The notes below the pieces were generated by a model, which saw only the letters and a program-made list of their open reading frames with translations, was not told the DNA's origin and ran no database searches. The position numbers were made by a program, and so were the translations under genes. From assembly GCA_964491955.1 (NCBI GenBank), contig CAZBIK010000002.1, positions 1 through 36,457 on the forward strand: a stretch of 36,457 nucleotides of DNA. Reading direction: 5' to 3'. Positions 19,832 through 27,739 of this stretch are shown piece by piece. Position 1 is the first letter of the stretch. Every line of letters starts with the position of its first letter. The stretch comes from an uncultured Ferruginibacter sp. GTDB lineage: Bacteria > Bacteroidota > Bacteroidia > Chitinophagales > Chitinophagaceae.

Positions 19832-22399
19832 ATGGCAAATCATTTATTTAGCGAAGAGCATGTTATTCATGAACTGAAACATTACCTGCCGTCACAACAG
19901 GCATTGAAGGATTTTATACATCATAATTCCTTACATGCATTTCAGCACATGAAGTTTTATGATGCCATTTTTAAGGCCTCCGGGATCTTTGGTTTCCAGG
20001 TTCACCTGCAATTAACCGAATACCGGGAGATGTATAAGACCGGCCGCATCAGGAAAGACATACTGGACATGGTGATTGCCAATAAAAAGGGAAAAGAAGC
20101 CGTTACCGGCTGGAAAGAAAAACTGGTCAGCAAAGATTATTATACCATTAATCATCCCCGGATCGGGCAACTGCGCAGGCACTGGAAAGACGTTTACCGG
20201 ATCGATCTTGACAACAAGGTCCACCCATTGCTGTTTCGCATACTTTGTGGCTTTTTGGACCAGGGCATTGCTGTGGACCCGTTCCCGGTAGCCGGCAGGA
20301 GTTTTTCAGAAAGCCTGAAGGAACTGGAAAAAAACAGTTTTATCAGCTTTTTTAAAACAAAAGCGGTCAAACAAAAATTCCTGGCGGGATCATATAGCAT
20401 AACCGGACTGCTGGAAAGAATTGTTGGCAAGGAATCCTATTTTGAGCAGTACCTGTTCGACCAGCAATTTGCACATCATGGCTGGAGCGGTTTTGTAAGT
20501 GCGGTGGAAGATAACCCGCAAACACTGCTCGACAATAAAAAGATCACGCTGAAGGAGCTGTTGGAATTTGAATTGCTGATGGAGCTTGATACATTAGATC
20601 ATGAACTCGGCAACGGGTGGGAGCCATTGGCCAACCATGTTATTGAACCACCCCTGGATCTTTGGGCCGATTACCCGAAAACAGAATATGCAACGGTAAT
20701 TGAATTGTGGCAGGATGCTTTTGAATGGAGTTATTATGATTCGGTGTTGAAGGGCATGTTGCTGGCAAATGAAAGGAGGCTGCTGAGGCAACCCGGAAAC
20801 GGAATATCCATCCCGCTTGTTACCAATGGCCCGTCCCTGCAGGCCATATTCTGTATTGATGAAAGGGAAGATTCGATACGCCGCCACATTGAGGCGGTTG
20901 ATAAAACTGCGGAAACCTTCGGGGCCCCCGGTTTTTATGGCGTAGAATTTTATTTTCAGCAGCAGGGGAGCAAATTCTATGATAAGCTTTGCCCTGCGCC
21001 GGTAACACCAAAATATCTGATCAAAGAGTCAGATGCAACGGCAAAGCGTAACGGCGAATTGATCTATACCAAATATACACACGGCATTTTATCAGGCTTT
21101 TTCTTAAGCATTGCTTTTGGTTTTTGGGCATTTGTAAAAAAGATACAAATGCTGTTTCGTCCTAAAATGAGCCCGGCCATTTCAAATGCTTATGGGCATA
21201 TGGATAAACAATCCACACTTGCCATTGAAAACAAAGACATCAATGATACGGAGAATGGTTTACAGCTCGGTTACACGCTTGATGAAATGGTTACCCGGGC
21301 AGAAGGGTTTTTAAGGGGCATTGGCCTGGTTAAAAATTTCGCTTCCATCATTTATATTGTGGCGCATGGCAGCAGCAGTGCCAACAACCCGCACCATGGC
21401 GCACATGATTGCGGGGCCTGCAGCGGAAGGCCGGGTGCCACCAATGCCAGGGTGCAGTCCTATATTCTGAATCACAAAAAGGTACGGGAGATCCTGGCAA
21501 CAAAAGGGATCAACATTCCCGGTACCACGCAATTTGTAGGATGCATGCACGACACGGCCGCAGATGTGATGGCCTATTATGACGAGAACGTGCTTACTGA
21601 CGAAAATACAAAAGCCCACATCATCAACATACAGCATTTTGAAACAGCACTAAACCTGAATGCAAAAGAACGCAGCAGGCGCTTTGCTTCCATCAATACC
21701 AAACAGGAACTTGAACAGGTACGTAAAGCCATTCACAACCGTTCGGTATCCTTATTTGAGCCCAGGCCGGAGCTGGGACATGGAACCAATACGCTGGCCA
21801 TCATCGGGCGCCGGCAGGTGACCAAAGGTTTGTTTTTAGACCGGCGTGCCTTTCTCAACAGTTATGATCCCACCACAGATGCAGACGGCGCCATTTTATC
21901 TGCCGTGATGCGCCCCATTGGCCTGGTTTGCGGGGGTATTAACCTGGAATATTATTTTTCGAGGGTGGATAATATAAAAATGGGAGCCGGCACCAAGCTT
22001 CCCCATAATGTGATGGGTTTGTTTGGTGTTGCCAACAGCAGTGATGGCGACCTGCGGCCGGGACTTCCCTGGCAAATGATCGAAGTTCATGACCCGGTTC
22101 GTTTGCTGGTGATCGTAGAACACAGGCCGGATATCGTTTTAAAAGCAATACAGTCCTCACCGGAAGTTTTTGAATGGTATAAAAATGAGTGGGTGCATAT
22201 CATGGCACTGGATCCGGACGAACAGCAGTTCTATTATTTTAGAAACGGTGCTTTTGAAAAATATGTGCCCATAACCGGCAACATCGAAATAAAGACCATT
22301 CACAATATGGAAGCATTTATTGAAGGTGCCAGGGAAATGGAAACGAATCACATTGTTCATGCAACGGAAGAGAACCTGCCGGTGTATTTGCTGGATTAA
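19832..22399 (+). CDS. dabA: DabA/MpsB (DUF2309, UPF0753) soluble subunit of the DAB inorganic-carbon pump
   Basis: 855 aa; HYLP...FIHHNSLHAF N-terminus, Zn-site motifs FCIDER, AHGSSSANNPH and DCGACSG; RPELGH, RRAFLNSYD, INLEYYFSRVDN...GAGTKLPHNV. Confidence 0.92.
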   Translation: MANHLFSEEHVIHELKHYLPSQQALKDFIHHNSLHAFQHMKFYDAIFKASGIFGFQVHLQLTEYREMYKTGRIRKDILDMVIANKKGKEAVTGWKEKLVSKDYYTINHPRIGQLRRHWKDVYRIDLDNKVHPLLFRILCGFLDQGIAVDPFPVAGRSFSESLKELEKNSFISFFKTKAVKQKFLAGSYSITGLLERIVGKESYFEQYLFDQQFAHHGWSGFVSAVEDNPQTLLDNKKITLKELLEFELLMELDTLDHELGNGWEPLANHVIEPPLDLWADYPKTEYATVIELWQDAFEWSYYDSVLKGMLLANERRLLRQPGNGISIPLVTNGPSLQAIFCIDEREDSIRRHIEAVDKTAETFGAPGFYGVEFYFQQQGSKFYDKLCPAPVTPKYLIKESDATAKRNGELIYTKYTHGILSGFFLSIAFGFWAFVKKIQMLFRPKMSPAISNAYGHMDKQSTLAIENKDINDTENGLQLGYTLDEMVTRAEGFLRGIGLVKNFASIIYIVAHGSSSANNPHHGAHDCGACSGRPGATNARVQSYILNHKKVREILATKGINIPGTTQFVGCMHDTAADVMAYYDENVLTDENTKAHIINIQHFETALNLNAKERSRRFASINTKQELEQVRKAIHNRSVSLFEPRPELGHGTNTLAIIGRRQVTKGLFLDRRAFLNSYDPTTDADGAILSAVMRPIGLVCGGINLEYYFSRVDNIKMGAGTKLPHNVMGLFGVANSSDGDLRPGLPWQMIEVHDPVRLLVIVEHRPDIVLKAIQSSPEVFEWYKNEWVHIMALDPDEQQFYYFRNGAFEKYVPITGNIEIKTIHNMEAFIEGAREMETNHIVHATEENLPVYLLD

Positions 22400-22445
22400 A
22401 CGGAATTGAAATGTGCGCCAATGCACAATAAAAATCAACAATTAA

Positions 22446-24302
22446 ATGAACCAATTACTCGTTTTATTTATCGCTATTCCGCTGCTGGCATTCGGGGTAA
22501 GCCTGTTCTGGCAAAACAAAAGCGAAAAAGCCATTGGCCGCATTGTACGATTCACCAAGGTACTGTACATCCTGGTCTCGGTTTCTTTTGCTGCGTGGTG
22601 GATCGCCAACGGGCTTGAACCGGTAAACTATCGCGTGGCAACCCTTTACCAAACCGAACATTTTGTTTTTGCCTTTGAGCTGTTTTATGATGAAATAACA
22701 GCTGTATTCAGCATCATCGGGGCTTTCTTATTTTTCCTGGTGGCCACGTTCAGCAAATATTACATGCACCGGGATGAAGGGTATAAGCGGTTCTTCAATA
22801 CCATCCTTTTGTTTGCAACAGGGTATAACTTTATCATCTTATCCGGCAACTTCGAAACCCTGTTTATCGGATGGGAGATCAAGGGTTTTTGTTCCTTCCT
22901 GCTGATCGCATTTTACCGTAACCGTTATTTGCCGGTTAAAAATGCATTCAAAGCCATTTCCTATTACCGGGTAAGCGATGTGTCGATCATGCTCTGCATG
23001 TGGATGATGCACCACCTCACCCATAAGAATATCAGTTTTGCAGAACTGGGTGAAGTAAAAACCCTGGCGCTGCAATCGGCCAATACAGGCATGGCCGTAT
23101 TTATTGTATGCATGATGATACTTCCTGCAGCGATCAAATCGGCACAATTCCCGTTCACCGCCTGGCTGCCACGGGCCATGGAGGGCCCCACTTCCTCATC
23201 AGCTATTTTTTATGGTTCACTTAGCGTGCACATCGGCGTTTTTTTATTGCTGCGCACACATCCCTTTTGGGAAGATATGTTGTGGGCGAAGGTCATCATT
23301 ATTATTACCGGGGCATTAACGGCCATTGTTGCCACATTCATCGCCCGGGTTCAGCCAACAGTTAAAACACAGATCGCCTATTCCTCGGCAGCACAGATCG
23401 GGTTGATGTTCATTGAAGTGGCACTCGGTTTTCATTGGCTTGTTTTGATCCATTTTGCAGGGAATGCTTTTTTAAGGACCTATCAACTGCTGGTTTCGCC
23501 TTCGGTGCTGAATTACCTGGTACATCACCAGTATTTTCATTACACCCCGCCCGAACAAAAACCGGTGTCAAAAATAAAAGCCACCCTGTATATGCTGGGT
23601 ATCAGGGAATGGAATTTAGACAGCATGATGTTTGCATATGTATGGAGCCCTTTTAAATGGATTGGAAAACAACTTCAGTTTTTACACTCAAGGATCATCA
23701 ACGCTTTTCTTGTACTTACAGCAATCGTACTCCTGTTGCTCGGGTATGCGTACCCGGAAATTATTTCCGCAACGGGCAGCACCCTGCCGGTGATTTTAAT
23801 GGGTATTGCACTGGCCGTTATCCTTTTTGCGTTCAGCTGCCGGCAATCCGCTTTGCAGGCATGGGCATACCTGTTGACCGGCAATTTGTTCATCATGACA
23901 GCCGTTTTCTATAACAGCACTCACATTAACCCCATTGAAATTATCTTTTATGCAAGCGGGGTTTTGATCGCTTTTTTGATCGGGTATTACTGTTTACAAA
24001 AAATAAATGCGATCGACGGGGATATTTCGCTGGATAAATTTCACGGGTATGTATATGAGCAGGAAAATACCGGCCTGTTATTCCTGTTTGCAACCATTGG
24101 TATGCTGGGCTTCCCGGTAACCGCTGCATTTATAGGAATTGATGTATTGTTTACCTATGTGCACAGTAACCAGGTTGTATTGATCACCGGGATGGCCCTG
24201 TGTTTTATATTTATTGAACTCTCGGCTTTCCGGATCTTCCTGCGTATTTTCATGGGCCCGCACAAAAAATTGTATCACCCTGTTGCATTCCGTTCTTCCT
24301 AG
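22446..24302 (+). CDS. dabB: DabB/MpsA NuoL/MrpA-like ion-translocating membrane subunit
   Basis: FIGWE, KSAQFPFTAWLPRAMEGPTSSSAIFYG, IAYSSAAQIGLMF, HFAGNAFLR; directly follows the DUF2309 gene and no other nuo or mrp genes are nearby. Confidence 0.88.
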   Translation: MNQLLVLFIAIPLLAFGVSLFWQNKSEKAIGRIVRFTKVLYILVSVSFAAWWIANGLEPVNYRVATLYQTEHFVFAFELFYDEITAVFSIIGAFLFFLVATFSKYYMHRDEGYKRFFNTILLFATGYNFIILSGNFETLFIGWEIKGFCSFLLIAFYRNRYLPVKNAFKAISYYRVSDVSIMLCMWMMHHLTHKNISFAELGEVKTLALQSANTGMAVFIVCMMILPAAIKSAQFPFTAWLPRAMEGPTSSSAIFYGSLSVHIGVFLLLRTHPFWEDMLWAKVIIIITGALTAIVATFIARVQPTVKTQIAYSSAAQIGLMFIEVALGFHWLVLIHFAGNAFLRTYQLLVSPSVLNYLVHHQYFHYTPPEQKPVSKIKATLYMLGIREWNLDSMMFAYVWSPFKWIGKQLQFLHSRIINAFLVLTAIVLLLLGYAYPEIISATGSTLPVILMGIALAVILFAFSCRQSALQAWAYLLTGNLFIMTAVFYNSTHINPIEIIFYASGVLIAFLIGYYCLQKINAIDGDISLDKFHGYVYEQENTGLLFLFATIGMLGFPVTAAFIGIDVLFTYVHSNQVVLITGMALCFIFIELSAFRIFLRIFMGPHKKLYHPVAFRSS

Positions 24303-24303
24303 T

Positions 24304-25035
24304 ATGAAAACCATATTGCTGATCCCTGTTTTATGTTTCCCTTTATTATGCCTGGCTCAAAATGACCGGCTGAAGGACCCCAATAATACCAACTGGATCC
24401 AGTCATTCAATACCATCGGGCTTCATAAAAAATGGAGCCTGCACGTTGAGTACCAGTGGCGGAGAACAGGCGGGTTAAAGCACTGGCAGCAAAGCCTTTT
24501 GCGTATTGGTGTCAACCGTAAACTTAATGAACAGGTAACGCTGCATGCCGGGTATGGGTGGATCGAAACATTTCCCTATGGCGATTTCCCGATCGCAAAT
24601 GCAGGTACGTTCCCCGAACACAGGATATATGAACAGGTCAGTTTCCGGCAACCCATCAATAAATGGACACTAACACACCGTTTCCGCATCGAACAGCGTT
24701 GGCTGGGCAGGGTTAGTCAGGGGTCAGACCGGGAGATTGAAACCTGGACATTCCTGCATCGTTTCCGTTACCAGTTCAGGGCACAGTTTTCTTTTTCAAA
24801 AAAATGGTATGCTGTTGCTGCTGATGAGATCTTTATTGGTGCAGGAAAAAATGTGGGCACAAATATTTTTGACCAGAACCGGGTATTTTTACTGGCCGGG
24901 TTTACAATAAACCGGCACATTTCCATTGAAGCGGGTTATTTCAATCAAACATTGCTGCAGGGAAGAAGAATAAATGATAAAAGCATTATGCAGGGCAACA
25001 ACGGTGTTGTTGTAAGTTCATTTGTGCAGTTATAG
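24304..25035 (+). CDS. DUF2490-like outer-membrane beta-barrel protein
   Basis: ATG 24304 lies 1 nt after the dabB stop; signal peptide MKTILLIPVLCFPLLCLAQ; EHRIYEQ, HRFRIEQRW, RFRY, DEIF and FDQNRVF motifs; amphipathic strands. Confidence 0.82.
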   Translation: MKTILLIPVLCFPLLCLAQNDRLKDPNNTNWIQSFNTIGLHKKWSLHVEYQWRRTGGLKHWQQSLLRIGVNRKLNEQVTLHAGYGWIETFPYGDFPIANAGTFPEHRIYEQVSFRQPINKWTLTHRFRIEQRWLGRVSQGSDREIETWTFLHRFRYQFRAQFSFSKKWYAVAADEIFIGAGKNVGTNIFDQNRVFLLAGFTINRHISIEAGYFNQTLLQGRRINDKSIMQGNNGVVVSSFVQL

Positions 25036-25037
25036 GT

Positions 25038-26441
25038 TTATAACTGCCACAAGTTACCCGCCGCCCATTGCAGGCCTGCTGCGGTTTTATTATATTGTAC
25101 CGCAGCTTCTATCAGTTTAAGCATGGTTTCCTGTGTTTTGTTTTCCCTGCTATTTACTAAAAAAAGGGAACTCTCTCCATTAAAAAATCTTATTTCCTCT
25201 CCCTTTTGGAGTTGTAATACACCTGTATAGGTTCTTTGAAGCAGGGCCACCTGTGCCTGGTAATTGATCAATTGGTTATAGTATTTCCTCACCTTATTTA
25301 CAATGTCTGTTTGCTTTTGATTTTGTTGCAGCCGGGTTTCGGAGATCTTAAGTTTTGCCATTTTATATTCTCCCCGGCCGGCGCTTAACCGCAAAGGCAT
25401 GCTGAAATGGATGCCATATTTATAGTTGTTGTCAAACAGGGTTTTAGTTGCCGTTGAAGCTATGTCATATCCCCTTCCCAGCTGGTTGTACCTGAAATCC
25501 AGTTGCGGCAGTAATTCCTGGAATTTTAGTTTTCTTTCCACCGCTAAAGCATCCAGTTTAAATTGGTATACCCCGAGTTCAGGGTGATTTCTTTTAGCCT
25601 CATCAACCAGCAGGTCCTGTTCAGGAAAAACAACAGGTTGGTACAGGTCTTCCATTTTTTCCTGCGGAAAAATAGATGCCGGCAGCCAATACGGTTGATC
25701 ATTCTGCTGCCATAAATAACCACTCAACCCTACGCCGGCATTTTGCCATAATAACAAAGCTTCGTTTTGCTGGTATTCAAATTGCTGCAGTTGCGTTAAA
25801 GCTTCGGTAGTGTCGATAGCCGGGCGGTCGCCATTGCGAAAGGCGGCTTTTACCAGTTCATAACGCTGCTGGTTCACACGAATTACATCCTGGAAGGTTT
25901 TATAGCGGAGGTATGCCTGCACCCATTGCCAGTAAGCTTCAGTGGCATTCATCAGCAGGTCATTCAATATAATTTTCTGTTCTGTTTCTGAGGCCTGCTG
26001 CATAATTTTTGCCTGTTGTAAAGCAGCCCTTCTTTTATCCATCAACAGGTTTTTGGCCAGGGGAATGCCAATGCCTGCAAAACTGGTTTTGCCGGCCGTT
26101 GCTTCCGGGTTGAACCGGCTTCCGGATAAATATTCAATACCTGTTTGTATTTCAATACCATACCATGTTGGAATGCTGAGTTGTGTTGTATTGTTCCTGT
26201 AATAGTTGGTACCGTCAAAGGTTTTGTCGTAACCGCCTCCGCTGACAACAGGATCAAAACCGCCGCGCCGGCTCAGCAATTCAGCACCTGCCTTTTGTAC
26301 CCCGATAACAGCCTGCCTTGCAACCGGGTGATAGTTCTTTACAATGCTTAAAAAATCCTTAAGCGATAATGTTTGTAAACTGTCCTGCGAAAATGCTGCA
26401 GTACAAAAAACAGTAAAAAGTATAGTTAGAAGTCTTCTCAT
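25038..26441 (-). CDS. TolC-family outer-membrane efflux protein
   Basis: Signal peptide, NYHPVARQA, RGGFDP, IPLAKNLL, ELLPQLD, GESSLFLVNSRE; ATGA overlap with the HlyD gene. Confidence 0.9.
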   Translation of the reverse strand: MRRLLTILFTVFCTAAFSQDSLQTLSLKDFLSIVKNYHPVARQAVIGVQKAGAELLSRRGGFDPVVSGGGYDKTFDGTNYYRNNTTQLSIPTWYGIEIQTGIEYLSGSRFNPEATAGKTSFAGIGIPLAKNLLMDKRRAALQQAKIMQQASETEQKIILNDLLMNATEAYWQWVQAYLRYKTFQDVIRVNQQRYELVKAAFRNGDRPAIDTTEALTQLQQFEYQQNEALLLWQNAGVGLSGYLWQQNDQPYWLPASIFPQEKMEDLYQPVVFPEQDLLVDEAKRNHPELGVYQFKLDALAVERKLKFQELLPQLDFRYNQLGRGYDIASTATKTLFDNNYKYGIHFSMPLRLSAGRGEYKMAKLKISETRLQQNQKQTDIVNKVRKYYNQLINYQAQVALLQRTYTGVLQLQKGEEIRFFNGESSLFLVNSRENKTQETMLKLIEAAVQYNKTAAGLQWAAGNLWQL

Positions 26442-27739
26442 TTTTTTGTTGCGTTATTTACTTTATAATAATCCGGCGGGAAGCCGTTGATGTTCCGCCA
26501 CAGTTCATACCATACCGGTACATTTTTCAATAAGGCAAAACCCTGTGCACCGGTACCCATTTTTAATTGTTTTGGCCATCTTTTTCTGCTGTTTATATCT
26601 TCTGTAACCAGCACCCTGAATTTTCCGTTAACGCTTACCGCATTTTCAACAGCGGTTACCACGCCGGTAAAGGTTCCATAAGAAGCATTTGGCCATCCGC
26701 TGAAAACAATTGCCGGGAACCCATCAAATAAAAACTGTACGCTCTGGCCTTTGGCAACCAGTGGCAGGTCAACCGGGTCAATATAAAGCTCCACGGCAAA
26801 ATCGGGCTTATCCGGAACAATTTCCACCAGCATTTCTCCTTCTTTTATGATCTCCCCGATACCCGCTTTTTTTGCCTTGGTAACCTGCCCGCTTTGCGGG
26901 GCTGTAATGAAATACATACCACTGCGGATGTTATAATTACTAACCTGGTTCTGCAATTTTGCAACTTCGCCCTGGCCGCCTGCTATTTGCGACATAGATT
27001 GAAACTGGTCTCCCTGTGCCTTTGACAGTTTTTCCAGGTAATCCTGGTTAACAGCATTTATTTCAATATTGGCTATGCCCAGTTCCTGCCGGGTATTGGC
27101 CAGGTTGTTTTCGGCGCTTATTTTTTTTGCTGCTGCGTTTTGAAGGGAAGCATTGCGCTGTTCCAGTTGTGTAAGGGAAACCAGGCCGCTGTCGTACATG
27201 GCCTGTTGCCTTTTGTATTGCTTTGCTGCAATAACATAATCGTTGGTTGCCGCTGCCAGCACTGCACTGTCGCTTTGCAGTTTTATCTGTAACTGCTGAA
27301 TTTTATTCTGCAACTGCGATTGTTTTAAAGCCCGGGTATTTTCAATGGCACTTATCTGGTTTTGTGTGGCTGCCACTTTATTTTTATAATAATCCACACT
27401 CAGCTGCTTGGCATCCAGTTGCTGGCCTGTACGGTCAATAAGCTTCGGGTCAAAATAATCTTCCTTCACTTCTCCAATTTGTAAAATGGTATCACCTGCA
27501 TTTACAAAATCGCCTTCTTTAACATACCACTTGATTATTTTACCGGGAAGGATGCTGTTTAATTCCTGTGGCCGCTGCTCCTGCCTGAGCGTGGTAACGC
27601 TGCCCCTTGCACGTACATTTTGTGTCCAGGGTAAAAAAAGGAATATACAGCCGGCGACCAGGAAACCCAATGCCCAGTATTTTATTTTACTGTTTTTATT
27701 ATACCGGTAAATGGTTTTATAAGCTTTTAATTCATTCAT
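26438..27739 (-). CDS. HlyD-family periplasmic adaptor (membrane fusion protein)
   Basis: N-terminal TM (FLPWTQNV), lipoyl half-motifs GKIIKWYVKEGDFVNAGD and ITAPQSG, long coiled coil, VPVWYELWRNINGFPP; 8-nt overlap with the ABC gene. Confidence 0.92.
   Translation of the reverse strand: MNELKAYKTIYRYNKNSKIKYWALGFLVAGCIFLFLPWTQNVRARGSVTTLRQEQRPQELNSILPGKIIKWYVKEGDFVNAGDTILQIGEVKEDYFDPKLIDRTGQQLDAKQLSVDYYKNKVAATQNQISAIENTRALKQSQLQNKIQQLQIKLQSDSAVLAAATNDYVIAAKQYKRQQAMYDSGLVSLTQLEQRNASLQNAAAKKISAENNLANTRQELGIANIEINAVNQDYLEKLSKAQGDQFQSMSQIAGGQGEVAKLQNQVSNYNIRSGMYFITAPQSGQVTKAKKAGIGEIIKEGEMLVEIVPDKPDFAVELYIDPVDLPLVAKGQSVQFLFDGFPAIVFSGWPNASYGTFTGVVTAVENAVSVNGKFRVLVTEDINSRKRWPKQLKMGTGAQGFALLKNVPVWYELWRNINGFPPDYYKVNNATKK

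Noticed and set aside
22446..24302. Annotation as respiratory complex I NuoL or an Mrp antiporter subunit
   Set aside because: No other nuo or mrp genes are adjacent, and direct pairing with DUF2309 indicates DabB/MpsA.
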